Assembly: GCF_963921235.1 (NCBI RefSeq)
Contig: NC_086097.1
Location: forward strand, 206,834,001-206,898,000
DNA length: 64,000 nt
Direction: 5' to 3'
Source of the DNA: Mobula hypostoma
Taxonomy: Eukaryota
Every line of letters starts with the position of its first letter. Positions within the stretch are counted from its first letter, which is position 1. Both the position numbers and the translations under genes were made by a program. Positions 13,496-26,674 of the stretch are shown piece after piece. Under the pieces are notes generated by a model. That model searched no databases. It saw only the letters and a program-made list of their open reading frames with translations, and was not told the origin of the DNA.

Positions 13496-13877
13496 TCGTG
13501 AAAGATTAAATATTTAAGGGGAATTGAGAGGGGAAATTCTCCACTCAGAGGCTGGTGTGAGTGTGGAATGACCTACCACTGCGAGTAGTGGATGCAGGTT
13601 TGATTTCAACATTAAAGAGAAATTTAAATAGGTGCATGGATGAGAGGGGTATGGAGGGCTATGGTTCTGGTACAGGTTGAAGGAACTAGGCAGATTAATG
13701 ATTCAACATGGACTATTGTGCTGTAGTGTTGCATGGCATTTTGTGATGTTGGAGATGGTGAAAAGAGCATCAGATGCCAATGAACAGAACCTATCCCCAG
13801 GCACACTGTCTGAGCATGTTCAGTATCTAAAGTTCACATAAGAACTCCATGTTACTAGATGATGGATGAAGACAATA

Positions 13878-15495
13878 AGATCATAAGACGTAGGAGCAGA
13901 ATTAGGCCATTAGGCTATCAAGCCTGCTCCTCCATTCAATCATGGCTGATCCTTTTCTCTCCCATCTTCAACCCCACTCCCTAGCCTTCTCCCCGTAACC
14001 TTTGATGCCATGGCCAATCGAGGACCTATCAATCTCCGCCTTAAATACACCCAACAACCTGGTCTCCACAGCTGCCTGTGGTAACAAATTCCACAATGTC
14101 ACCACCTTCCGGCTAAAAAAATTTCTCCAGACCTCTGTATTAAATGGGCGCCCCTCTATCCTGAGGCTGTGCCCTCTACCCCCAGACTTCCCAACCATGG
14201 GAACCACCCTATTCAAATCTACCCTGAAAAGGTCTATCAACATTCAAAAGAATTCAATGAGATCCCCCTTATCCTTCTAAATTCCAGTGGGTATTCCTCA
14301 TATGATAACCTTTCATTTCCAAATCATTCCAGTGAACCTCCTTTGAACCCTCTCCAATGCACATTACAGGTCCTTTGGCCCACAATATTGTGCTGACCAT
14401 GTAAAATACTCTAGAAACTGCCTAGAGTTAGCCTACTCCATAGCCTCCTATTTTTCTAAGCTCCATGTAGCTATCTAAGAGTCTCTTAAAAGATGCTATT
14501 GTATCCACTTCCACCACTGTCACTGGCGGTGAATTCCAAAGACCTACCTTTCTGTGTGAAAAACTTCCCCCTGACATCCTCTCTATACCTCCTTCCAAGC
14601 ACCTTAAAACTATGCCCCCTCGTGTTAGCCATTTCAGCCCTGGGAAAAAGCCTCTGGCTATCCACACTCTGGTTTATCTTTCATAGATAAGGAGCCCAAA
14701 ACTGTTCACAATACTCAATGTGAGGCCTCACCAGTGTCTTATAAAGCCTCAGCATCATTTCCCTGCTCTTCTAGTCCTCTTGAAATTAATGCTAACATTG
14801 CATTTACCTTCCTCACTACTGACTCAATCTGCAAGTTAACCTTCAGGGTGTTCTGCACAAGGACTCCCAAGTCCCTTTGCTTCTCAGATTTTTGGATTTT
14901 CTCCCAGTTTAGAAAATAGTCTCCACATTTATTTCTACCAAATTGCATGATCATGCTTTTTCCAACATTATATTTCATTTGCCATTTCCTTGCCCATTCT
15001 TCTAACCTGTCTAATTCCTTCTGCAGCCTTCCTGCTTCCTCAACACTACCTGCCCCTCCACCAATCTTCATATCGTCTGTAAACTTGGCAACAAAGCCAT
15101 TTATTCCTTCATCAAAATCAGTATAAAAAGAAGCGGTTCCAACACTGAGTCCTGTGGAACACCACTAGTCACTGGCAGCCAACCAGAAAAGGATCCTTTT
15201 ATTCCCACTCACTGCCTCCTACCAATCAATCAATGCTCTAACCATACTAGTAACTTTCCTGTAATACCATGGGCTCTTAACTTGGTAAGCAGCCTTATGT
15301 GTGACACCTTGTCAAAGGCCTTCTGAAAATGCAAATATACAACATCCGCTACATCCCCTTTATCTATCCTACTTGTAATCTCCTCAAAGGATTCCAACAG
15401 GTTCATCAGGAAAGACTTTCCCGTAATGAAACCATGCCGACTTTATTCTATCTTGTCCTGTCATACCAAGTACTCCATAACCTCATCCTTAATAC
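13878..15495 (-). mobile_element. CR1 LINE 3' half, with a second CR1 3' fragment nested at about 14361-14670
   Basis: (ataaga)-type tail at 13878 and RT motifs LQKELDRLEEWARKWQMKYNVGK. A second tail begins at 14361. Confidence 0.85.
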
Positions 15496-16639
15496 CACTG
15501 AGGTCTTATAAGTTCTTATTAAATGAGACTTTATCATTGCTTAGACCTAGGATGACAAGTGGCTGGTTTGTAAAGTTGTGGACTAGTGAAGGGTAGAGTC
15601 TTTGAGATGTGTAATGATGAAAAACTTAAAAGTTGGGGGAAACAGACAGGAGATTTTACAGTTGTGAATGAAAAAATCAGGATAGCGTTTTGTCTATTGC
15701 GTGCATGATCATGGATGTCTCTGATTGACTGCAGACCATTTTCAAGTGGGAGGGCAAGCAGACAAATGTTATTGTACACAATTATATCAATGAGTTTGCA
15801 TGATATATAATTGGACTTTTGTGTTGTGTATTGGAGTCCTTTTGCTTGGGCTGCACTCGGAGCAGAGAGGATTAATGGCCAGACATCCATCATGGTTGTG
15901 AGCGTCGACAGAACGCTGGCACGAGGTTAGTAAATTGACAATGTCCACCACCCTACCCTTGTCAATGCTCTTGGTCACTTCAAAATACTCAGTCGAACTT
16001 GTGAGAAATTATTTCCAAAGGACAAAGCCATGCTGACGATCCACAATAAGATCTTACTGGTAAAGTAGCTCCCAGGAATTGCATGAAGCTATGTGAAATT
16101 TCCTCCATGCTCTCTGGCTTTCAGCAAAGTCAGACAGCACCCAGAGCTCTATGATGTGTGTCTGTAGACTGTTCCACCTACCACTCACCTGAGGTATCTG
16201 GAGCAAGACTGTGGTGCAATTTCACTCTTAGAAACTGTCTCACAAGCTATCTTTTCCACACTTGCCATATACCCATTACCTGAGGATGTACAGATCCTTA
16301 TTCTAATCCTGCTCTACATTCTAGCTCACATCCTTCCTCAAACTGACAGAATTTGAGTTGGTAGATAAAATATCAGATTGCTTGATACACTACATCAAAA
16401 ACAGAATCTGCTATCTGAACAACTGGAGCTTATGCAAGTTATATTTCTTGGTATTTAAAAGAAGCAAGCACTAAAATATTGTCATTGTGATGGGAGGAGC
16501 AGTGGAGGAAGACGAGATGGGCTCAATCTTAGCTACCTGAGTATTACATAGCAGAAAACAATGAATTGGAGCATAATAAAGAAGATTGCATTTAAGCACT
16601 ATCTTTCCCAATGCTCTTCAACACCAGTTCTGTAAAAAT

Positions 16640-16822
16640 AACATGCTAAATGCTAGGAGTACTCAGCAATTCAGGCAACTTTTATGGAGAAAGAAAGAGT
16701 TGACATTTCAGTTCAGTCAAAGATGGCTGACCTGAAGCATTGATTCCCTTTCCACAAATATTGTTAGATCTCATGTGTGCTCCAAGGAGTTTGTGTTTTT
16801 ATTTCAAATTTCCAGCATCTGT
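16640..16822. mobile_element. Highly degenerate Penelope-terminus-derived palindromic element
   Basis: The left part resembles the reverse PLE end (aatgctaggagtactcagca..caggca). The right part resembles the forward PLE end (tttgtgtttttatttcaaatttccagcatctg). Confidence 0.4.
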
Positions 16823-16912
16823 TTTTTTTTATACTTTTCACAAATTGAATCCTTGTAATCATCAACATGTGATGGACTATTCCTTTTACCAGATTTCTGG
16901 TTGTGAAGCGCC

Positions 16913-16974
16913 ATGAACTGAGGTCCATTTCTCCTCCAACAGTCGATGAACTGAGGTCCATTTCTCCTCCAACA
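16913..16974. repeat. Perfect 29-bp direct repeat, 33-nt period
   Basis: atgaactgaggtccatttctcctccaaca at 16913-16941 and 16946-16974. Confidence 0.95.
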
Positions 16975-17057
16975 CTTTCAGCTTGCTGGTCCCCTTGTCC
17001 CTTCACATGTATGCATATGGCTCAGGTATAATCGAGAGATAATTAGTTAATTTCTAG

Positions 17058-17185
17058 CAGCTCTGTGGGAAGCGATAGATTTCTTTGAGGATATGCTCAT
17101 TCTTTGCTCAGGTGAACATCTGAGTATTACTGTACTCCAAGAAGAATATCCCCTAATTCATCACTGGGGGCAATCAGTCTGTAAG
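17058..17185 (+). CDS. Candidate exon D (phase 1 to 0; NAGNAG acceptor 17058/17061)
   Basis: Acceptor ttaatttctAGcAG. Open frame ALWEAIDFFEDMLILCSGEHLSITVLQEEYPLIHHWGQSVCK. Strong donor AAG|gtaatt, with an alternative TCT|gtaagg at 17181. Confidence 0.4.
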
Positions 17186-18318
17186 GTAATTCTTATCAGT
17201 ACAAAGCAATTCAGTGCAAAGCACACTAATCCCTGTGGACAATTTGGAAGATCTCTTAACACAAAACAGAACACATAAAAATTTGCTGTCATATCCAATA
17301 GAGGTTAAACAACAAAGACCTTCATGTAGTTTATGAGCCAGTTATATAATGCAGATAGTTTTTTTTCTTTTTCAATTTTTTATTAGTTTTGTAATAATAA
17401 ACATAGCATAGTATTGATACAAAGTTATTAGGAATACATTGTTGTAATTGACATAGTTAAATATAAGCCCAGTTGACACTTAAATGTTAACTCTCCCAAT
17501 CATACAGGATACAGATGAACAACATAAAACAAAGAAACATATCTAAAAAAAAAATCATGAAAAAGGAAAAAAGATATATAAAATATAACCCCCCCCAAAA
17601 ACACAACATAGTTTGAGAAAAACAATGAAATGTGGTAGGAGGATTAATTTCTTTCCAATTCAGCAAAATGGATCTTCGAGCCATTAATGTAAGAAATGCA
17701 ATCATCTGAAGAGCTAAAGAGGTTAAGTGATTTGATTCTATCATTGGTAACCCAAAAATGGCAGTAACTGGGTGAGGTTGTAAATCAATATTCAAAACAG
17801 TTGAGATAATATCAAAAATAACTTTCCAATATTTTTTCAACAAAGGATATGACCAAAACATAGGAGTTAAAGAAGCTATCTCGGAGTGACGTTTTTTGGA
17901 TCAGGACAACAGAGTGGCGTGGGAGCTGAATTCTGAAGGAAGGCAGTTTTTTTAAAAACTTCTTCGAGTGCAAGAAGGACAAGACTGTGCAGGCGAGTGA
18001 CGGAACAGGACAGCGCGGAGAGTTTAAAAAGGAGACCACCCTAAATAGCGGGCAGCTGTCGGAGCGGGCAGCAGTCGGAGCGGGCAGCAGTGTGAGTGGT
18101 AGCAGAGTGCAGGGCTTTGGCTTCAATGGGCTTTGGCAATAAACGGGAAGAGGCAAGAGCGAAGCACCAACTCTTCCCCACCCCCTTGGCGAATCGGCCT
18201 GGGCAGACAGGAACAGCAGGGCTCACATAGCTAACAGTTTAAAAAGTTCGTCTGTTTGGCGAGGTAAGTGGATGAGTAGACTTATTTATCCTGTTTCATT
18301 CCTGTAGAATTAGATATC

Positions 18319-19254
18319 ATGCCTGCAGGGTTAGTGCTTTGTTCAGGGTGTCAGATGTGGGAATCCTGGGAGACCTCCAGCCTCCCTGATGGCCACATCT
18401 GCGCCAGGTGCACCGAGATGCAGCTCCTCAGAGACTGTGTTAGGGATCTGGAGCTGTAGCTTGATGACCTACTGCTTATCAGGGAAAGTGAAGAGGTGAT
18501 AGACAGGAGCTACAGGGAGGTAGTCATCCCTAGGCTACAGGGGTCAAAAAACTGGGTGACTGTCAGGAGAGGGAAGGAAAATGCCCAGATAGTGGAGAGC
18601 ACACCTGTGGCTGTCCCCCTCAGCAACAAATATCTTGTTCTGGATGCTGTTGAGGGAGATGACCTGACAGGGGATGCCCATGGTGACCGGGTCTCTGGCA
18701 GTGAGCCTGGCGCTGTTGTGCAGGAGGGAAGGAAGGAGAAGAGGAATGCGGTAGTCATAGCGGATTCCATAGTCAGGGGAACGGACAGGAGATTCTGTGA
18801 GCCTGATAGAGATACCCGCATGGTGCGTTGCCTCCCAGGTGCCAGGGTACGGGATGTCTCAGATTGGGTCCAGAATATTCTCAAGGGGGAGGGCAAGCAG
18901 CCAGTTGTCTTGGTACATGTTGGTACCAATGACATAGATAGCACAAGGGAGGAGGTCCTGAAGAGAGATTTCTGGGAGTTAGGAAGGAAGCTGAGAAGCA
19001 GGACCTCCAGGGTGGTAATCTCGGGATTGCTACCTGTGCCACGTGCTAGCGAGGGCAAGAATAGTAGGATCAGGCAGATGAATGCGTGGCTGAGAGACTA
19101 GTGCAGGGGGCAGGGTTTCAGATTCTTGGATAATTGGGATCTCTTCTGGGGGAAGTATGACCTGTTCAAAATGGACAGGTTACACCTGAACCTGAAGGGG
19201 ACCAATATCCTGGCGGGAAGGTTTATTAGAGCTGTTAGGGAGGGTCTAAACTAA
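18319..19254 (+). pseudogene. CR1 ORF1: CxxC/HxCxxC zinc finger, coiled coil and SGNH esterase, with two internal stops
   Basis: MPAGLVLCSGCQMWE..HICARC; VVIADSIVR; CLPGA; HVGTND; DRLHLN. Confidence 0.9.
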
Positions 19255-19439
19255 TTTGGCAGGGGGATGGGAACCGGAATGATAGAGCGGAGGAAGGGGA
19301 AACAGAAATAAATCTAAGATAGTGAGCAGTAAAGATGTCAGGAAAGACAGGCAGGTGATGGGGCAAATTTGTAGCAATTGGGATGAGTTGCAGTGTAATA
19401 AAGTTGCAGTGCAATCAAAGTGAAAAGTACCAAATACTG

Positions 19440-22226
19440 GTCTTAAGGTGTTGTACTTAAATGCACGCAGCATAAGGAATAAGGTGGATGATCTTGTCGT
19501 ACAGCTACAGATTGGCAGGTATGATATTGTGGCTATCACTGAGACGTGGCTAAAGGATGCATGTCTCTGGGAGCTGAACATCCAAGGATACACAGTGTAT
19601 CAGAAGGATAGGAAGGTAGGCAGAGGGGAGGTGTGGCTTTACTGGAAAGAAATGATATTAAATCATTAGAAAGAAGTGATGTAGGATCGGAAGGTGCAGA
19701 ACCTTTATGGGTTGAGCTAAGAAATCGCAAGGATAAAAGGACCCTGATGGCAGTTATTTGTAGGCTTCCAAACAGCTACAGTGATGTGGACTACAAATTA
19801 CAACAGGAAATAGAAAAGGCTTGTCTGAAGGGCAGTGTTATGATAATTGTGGGGGATTTTAACATGCGAGTGGATTGAGAAAATCAGGTCGGCACTGGAT
19901 CTCAAGAGAGAGAATTTGTAGAATGTCTGCGAGATGGTTTTTTAGAACAGCTTGTTGTTGAGTCCACTATACTGGATCGGCTGTACTGGATTGGGTATTG
20001 TGTAATGAACCGGAGGTGATTAGAGAGATTGAGGTGAAGAAACCCTTAGGAGGCAGTGATCATAACATGATTGAGTTCACTGTGAAATTTGAAAAAGAGA
20101 AGCCGAAATCTGATGTGTCAGTATTTCAGTGGAGTAAAGGAAATTACAGTGGCATGAGAGAGGAACTGGCCAAAGTTGACTGGAAAGGGACACTGGCAGG
20201 AAAGACAGCAGAGCAGCAGTGGCTGGAGTTTATGCGAGAAATGAGGAATGTGCAACACAGGTGTATTCCAAAAAAGAAGAAGTTTTTGAATGGAAAAAGG
20301 ATGCAACCGTGGCTGACAAGAGAAGTCAAAACCAAAGTTAAAGCAAAGGAAGCAAAAATTAGTGGAAAGACAGGATTGGGAAGTTTTTAAAAGCTTACAA
20401 AGGAAACTAAGAAGGTCATTAAGAGGGAAAAGATTAATTATGAAAGGAAGCGAGCAAATAATATCAAAGAGGATACTAAAAGCTTTTTCAAGTATATGAA
20501 GAGTAAAAGACAGGTGAGAGTAGATATAGGACCGATAGAAAATGATGCTGGAGAAATTGTAATGGGAGATAAGGAGATGGCGGAGGAAATGAACAAGTAT
20601 TTTGCATCAGTCTTCACTGAGGAAGACATCAGCAGTATACCGGACACTCAAGGGTGGCAGGGAAGAGAAGTGTGCACAGTCACAATTACGACAGAGAAAG
20701 TACTCAGGAATCTGAACAGTCTAAAGGTAGATAAATCTCCCGGACCAGATGGAATGTACCCTCATGTTCTGAAGGAAGTAGCTGTGGAGATTGCGGAGGC
20801 ATTAGCAATGATCTTTCAAAAGTCGATAGATTCTGGCATGGTTCCAGAGGACTGGAAGATTGCAAATGTCACTCCGCTATTTAAGAAGGGGGCAAGGAAG
20901 CAAAAAGGAAATTATAGACCTGTTAGCTTGACATCTGTGGTTGGGAAGTTGTTGGAGTCGATTGTCAAGGATGAGGTTACAGAGTACCTGGAGGCATATG
21001 ACAAGATAGGCAGAACTCAGCATGGATTCCTTAAAGGAAAATCCTGCCTGACAAACTTATTACAATTTTTTCAGGGAATTACAAGTAGGCTAGACAAGGG
21101 AGATGCAGTGGATGTTGTATATTTGGATTTTCAGAAGGCCTTTGACAAGGTGCCACACATGAGGCTACTTAACAAGATAAGAGCCCATGGAATTACGGGA
21201 AAGTTACACACGTGGATAGAGTGTTGGCTGATTGGCAGGAAACAGGGAGTGGGAATAAAGGGATCCTATTCTGGTTGGCTGCCGGTTACCGGTGGTGTTC
21301 CACAGGGGTCTGTGTTGGGGCTGCTTCTTTTCACATTGTACATCAACGATTTGGATTATGGAATAGATGGCTTTGTGGCGAAGTTTGCTGATGATCCAAA
21401 GATAGGTGGAGGGGCCGGTGGTGCTGAGGAAAGGGAGAGTCTGCAGAGAGACTTGGATAGATTGGAAGAATGGGCAAAGAAGTGGCAAATGAAATACATT
21501 GTTGGAAAGTGTATGGTTATGCACTTTGGCAGAAGAAATAAACGGGCAGACTATTATTTAAATGGGGAGAGAATTCAAAGTTCTGAGATGCAACGGGACT
21601 TGGGAGTCCTTGTACACGATACCCTTAAGGTTAACCTCCAGGTTGAGTCGGTAGTGAAGAAGGCGAATGCAATGTTGGCATTCATTTCTAGAGGAATAGG
21701 GTATAGGAGCAGCAATGTGATACTGAGGCTGTGTAAGGTGCTGGTGAGACCTCACTTGGAGTACTATGGGCAGTTTTGGTCTCCTTATTTAAGAAAGGAT
21801 ATGCTGACATTGGAGAGGGTACAGAGAAGATTCACTAGAATGATTCTGGGAGTGAGAGGGTTAACATATGAGGAACATTTGTCTGCTCCCGGACTGTATT
21901 CCTTGGAGTGTAGATGAATGAGGGGAGACCTCATAGAAACATTTCGAATGTTGAAAAGCATGGACAGAGTGGATGTGGCAAAGTTGTTTCCCATGATGGG
22001 GGAGTCTAGTACGAGAGGGTATGACTTAAAGATTGAAGGGTGCCCATTCAGAACAGAAATGCGAAGAAATTTTTTTAGCCAGAGGGTGGTGAATCTATGG
22101 AATTTGTTGCCATGGGCGGCAGTGGAGGCCAAGTCATTGGGTGTATTTAAGGCAGAGATTGATAGGTATCTGAGTAGCCAGGGCATCAAAGGTTATGGTG
22201 AGAAGGGGGGGGGGGAGTGGGACTAA
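19440..22226 (+). pseudogene. CR1 ORF2 (APE endonuclease plus RT), frameshifted; includes the 473-aa ORF
   Basis: YLNARSIRNK, ITETW, GDFN, SDH; YLDFQKAFDKV, GVPQGSVLG, KFADD. Confidence 0.95.
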
Positions 22227-23224
22227 ATGGGAGAATGGATCAGCTCATGATAAAATGGTGTAGCAGACTTGATGGGCCGAATGACCGACTTCTGCTCCTT
22301 TGTCTTATTGTCGTATGGACATCTATCACATACAGGATTTATATAAGAATAATAACAAGATAATTTATCTTTAGACATATGAGCCCTATGCATTACTTTA
22401 AACTGTATCAATGCATGTTCAGCACATATAGAGGATGAATTAACTAATTGAAGAATTTTTCCCCATTTTTCCAATCGGTACAATAATCTTAAGTTCTCTT
22501 TCCCAATCAGTCTTAATTTTATTAGCTACGTCAAGACATATTTTCATAATTGTATTATAAATAATTGCTATTACATCTTTCTGAAAAGGACTTAAATCTA
22601 AATTTTTTTCCAAAATATCCATTGAATATAAATTCGGGAAGATAAGAGAAACATTATAGTACGATTTTGTGATTTATTTTCGGATAATTGTTTTATGTCC
22701 TTTGAACAATTATCTAATAAATATAATCTGCCTAGATCACACTTTTTTAGATAATTACAGGTTAGAAATTTTTTAAATGCAGATAGTTTTCTTCCTGTGC
22801 CAAATCCGTTCAGTTATGTGAGTTTAAAGCAGGATATTCACTGCATTGGCCTTCAAGTTCCAGCACAATTTTCAAGCCTACACACAAGCACACTGATTGT
22901 CTTCCTTGCATACTGGTGGTAAATGTTGGTTGCCACCACATTGATGGCCTAATCAATATGCCAGCCACAATGACTCAGCCACACCAGCCTTCATTTTTTA
23001 AAACTAGTTTAGCACTACCATATCAGAAACCACACATCGAAGAACTGAAATGTCTGTACTATGTTTAAATATCATTGAGGCATCCATTGGGGATGCTAGA
23101 GGGTAGTGATTGTATAACTGAAGAATAAAAGACTGGAAATTCACAATCACGAGCAGTATTAGTAAGCAGTCCAGAAAAATCCAGCTTTTTTTTTTGAATA
23201 GCTGTTACAGAATTCACTTTCAGG

Positions 23225-24032
23225 AAGGTGGAGTACAATTTTGGTAAATACGAGGTCATCCACTTTGGAAGGAAAAATGAAAGAGCAGATTATTGTACAA
23301 ATGGTAAAACATTACAGCAAGCTGCTGTGCACAGGGACTTGGAAGTGCTCGTGCATGAATCACAAAAGGTTGGTTTGCAAGTGCAGCAGGCTATCAAAGA
23401 GGCAAATGAAATTTTGGCCTTCATTGCTAGTGGCATTGAATTTAAGAGCAGGGAGGTTATGCTGCAACTATACAGGGTAGCGGCAAAGCTGCACCTGGGG
23501 TACTGCATGCAGTTCTCATCTCCTTACTTTAGGAAGGATATACTGGCTTTGGAGGCAGTGTAGAGGAGGTTCACCAGGTTAACTCCAGAGATGAGGGGGT
23601 TAGACTAGGAGGAGAGACTGTACTCACTAAAATTCAGAAAGTTAAGAGAAGGTCTCATAGGAACATATCAAATTATGAAAGGGATAGAAAAGATGCAGGC
23701 AGGAAAGCTGTTTCCACTGGTAAGTGAGACTAGAACTAAGGGACGTAGCCTCAAGATTTGGGGGAGTAGATTTAGGATGGAGATGAGGAGGAACTGCTTT
23801 TCCCAGAAAGTGATGTATCTGTGGCATTCTCTGCCCAGTGAAGCAGTGGAGGCTACCTAAGTAAATATATTTAAGACAAGGTTGGATAGATTTTGCATAG
23901 TAGGGGAATTAAGGGTTATGGGGGGAAAGGCAGATAGGTGGAGATGAGTCCATGGCCAGATCAGCCATGATCTTATTGAATGGTGGAGCAGGTTCGATGG
24001 GCCAGATAGCCTACTCCTGCTCCAGTTTCTTA
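23225..24032 (+). mobile_element. CR1 LINE 3' fragment
   Basis: EVIHFGRKN..ANEILAFIASGIEFKSREVMLQLY, with 3' end cctactcctgctcc. Confidence 0.85.
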
Positions 24033-26460
24033 GGTAGGAAACACATACATAAAAATTACAAAGAGTGCATTATTTAAATTTAGCTATGAAAATTATTCCA
24101 TGTTGAATTCACCCAATGCTTACAACGATCTAGAGTTATTTATACCAAAGTTCTATTTGCACTTAAAATTTAAAAGCACTCACATTTTAAAATTCAAATA
24201 CAAAGAAATGAATTAATAATGTTAATAAATATTTCAATATATCAGAGCCACTGCTGATGTCACTCAGGTTTATAGGTGAAATGGATTCAAACTTTTACAA
24301 CTGTGAAAAAACTTGACAATAAAAAGTGCAACTTCTTGAGGTGTCAAATGGACCAAGAAATTATGTCTGTTAGTTCATGCATTTTAAATAAATGTAATCA
24401 ATGTTGACTTTGAATTAACAATCTGAAAATGGTGTTTAACATATTTTGTTTTTTTTTATTATATTGTCATTGTTTTCTGAGAGTGTCAGAATTCATATTC
24501 CCAATAGATTCTCTGACTCTTAATGTCTATGTTTATCTTTTGGTTAATTTTACCCCAACAAACTCTGAAATGGTTTAAATTAACCTTTCATAAACAAAAC
24601 ATTTATGTTTCCATTTGTAGTTACATTGGCAGCAAGGGATAAACCGAAGTGAAGTCTTATACTTCTGAAATTGTTTATTTGACAGACTATATGTTGCCCA
24701 GGGAGTAACTGGAAATTGGCATCGCTATTCAGTTCTCAATTTTATTTATTTTATGTTATTGCCTTATATATATGTGGCAGAACTCCAGAAAATATCTGCA
24801 CTGTATTAACAGTGGCTCAAGTTAAAATACAATATTAATATTTTTGAAATCTGCTTTGCATTTAACTGTTGAATATCTATTCTTATTTTTTTTCTGATCA
24901 AAACTCACCTATTGATTCTATTGTAACAATTTCAATAAAATATTCCAAGAATGTAATTAGTGGCCATGTCAACTACTGATTTTATGTCCATCTTACTCTC
25001 AACACTTTCTTCACCTCCATCAGCATAAATCAAAGTAACTTGACTATCTATCATGACTAACAAAGTACTTAGCAGGAGGATAGATGGCCAAAGGACATAC
25101 TGGTTCTGTTGAAATTCTTTCTAACTAACTCCTCAGAGCAAAACAGGAACTAGTGCAAGAATATACACTTTACAAAATGTTCTGTACCTGCATTTCCTTT
25201 TAGCCAACAGCTTGATAGAGATCAAAGTTGTTTGGAATATAACTAAAAATTGACCTCAAAACTATTTAATTTGTGATAACAGGAGGAAATCATTCAGCCC
25301 ATCAAATTAATGCAAGATGCCTGCAAAGCAAACCTACCACATTTATTCCCACTCTCCATACTTCCATGTACAGGAGCCCTGCACACATTTTCTTTCTCAT
25401 CACTGCCAACTAGTTGAATGCCCAAGATGGTGTGGTCTTTGATTGATTTTATTATGGTTATTATTCCATAATGGATTTATTGAGTATGCCTACAAGAAAA
25501 TGAATCTCAGGGTTGTATACAGTGATATAACTGTACATTGATAATAAATTTACTTCGAACTCATTTATACTGTAGGTAATGTGTTTGAGCCAATTAACCT
25601 ACCATAATTTCCTTGGGATGTCAGAGGGAACAAGAAAATCCAGGGGAAAACCACAAATTAATAGTAAAGCACAAACTCCATTGAGGTAGGAGCCAAAGCC
25701 AGGACAGAACACAGATAGATGGATCTCTGAGGCAACAGCACTAACTGGAGCTACTTCAACCACCCTAAATGACACATGCACATTACATAGATAAGCATGT
25801 TTGTTAATCAATCACAGCACTTAAAAAATATGGCTTCTTAATCAAACATGGCAATCTTAGTTGATTTGTTACAAGCAACAACTGAAAAAGAATTAATTCA
25901 AAATCAGAGTCAATTTCAAGTAAATCAGGGTGGGAAGATTTTCACTCAAGCTTTATTTATGGCAGTTTTTTAATAAACCCTTCTTTCATGTTGCACTTGT
26001 ACTGTGTGCAAAGAAAAGTGCTTTGATATAATGGATGCAGTATTGGCTCCAATCTGACAAACAGATGCTAGACACATGAGTATGAGGCACACGAGCCATT
26101 ATATTGGTAAGAGGGTGAATGTATGGGTTGCCAACATCTGCTTAAAGTATGTTAAGCCAGCAGATCATGGTGTCAATCAGCATGTACTGCAGATTAGATG
26201 CTTCTTCTGGTGAACTGAATCTTCATATTTCAGCCAATGCTTTGTCTTCACATCAAAATATGCCTCGGGCCAGATTAAAAGAAGCCACCTACCTCTGAAA
26301 GGTTACCTGGTGAAGTAGGAGTAGAGTGGTGATTATCAAAAAGAAATCTAGATTTCAGGCTCTCCTGTACAAATTATTTCTGATGTTGCATAAGTTCCAT
26401 AAACTGACAACATGTAACCTCTTGGCATAACTATGTTTCTTTCTGTCTCTTCAAAAGCAG

Positions 26461-26520
26461 TTGATTCTATGTCAACATCAGGGAGAGATCCAACATCACA
26501 TGTTACTTCAATATCTTCAG
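26461..26520 (+). CDS. Candidate 60-nt exon E (frame-preserving)
   Basis: Long pyrimidine tract tgtttctttctgtctcttcaaaAGcAG and donor CAG|gtatgc. Open in phase 0 (LILCQHQGEIQHHMLLQYLQ) and in phase 1 (DSMSTSGRDPTSHVTSISS). Confidence 0.5.
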
Positions 26521-26674
26521 GTATGCCTTTTGCTGAAGTCTGATCAACATGGAAATTTAAAACAGCAACCAAATAGCTGGAGAAATTCGGGAGTCAGGCA
26601 GCATCTATATAGGTAAAAGGATGAACAGCCTTTCAGGTCAAGGCCCTGCAATGGGATAGTCAATGGGCAGAACA

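Larger units (their letters stand above)
17891..22317 (+). mobile_element. Near full-length CR1 (HER1-like) LINE: 5'UTR, ORF1, ORF2 and tail
   Basis: GC-rich 5'UTR with 16-nt repeats, esterase ORF1, EN-RT ORF2 and a tcttattgtcgtatg tail. 'gac' is duplicated at the junctions. Confidence 0.95.
17363..22775 (-). mobile_element. 5'-truncated L1-clade LINE (ORF2 C-terminus) with a 15-bp TSD, split by CR1
   Basis: TSD aatgcagatagtttt at 17348-17362 and 22776-22790, with a poly(T) tail on +. The L1 zinc-knuckle region (LIQFKVMHR..CDRC | ..FWS..YWK) rejoins across the CR1. Confidence 0.85.

Noticed and set aside
16125..16193. Exon-like segment with a good acceptor and GAG|gtatct donor
   Set aside because: Stop codons in all three frames; at most a non-coding or poison exon
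18264..18307. GT-AG mini-intron in the CR1 5'UTR
   Set aside because: 44 nt is below the usual vertebrate minimum. Only the donor motif is retained as a finding.
24621..24668. Possible terminal exon LHWQQGINRSEVLYF*
   Set aside because: The acceptor is plausible and in phase with exon D, but the segment is too short to support without transcripts.
26348..26572. 74-aa minus-strand ORF as a gene
   Set aside because: It has a non-ATG start and no supporting splice signals. It overlaps a better supported + strand exon candidate.
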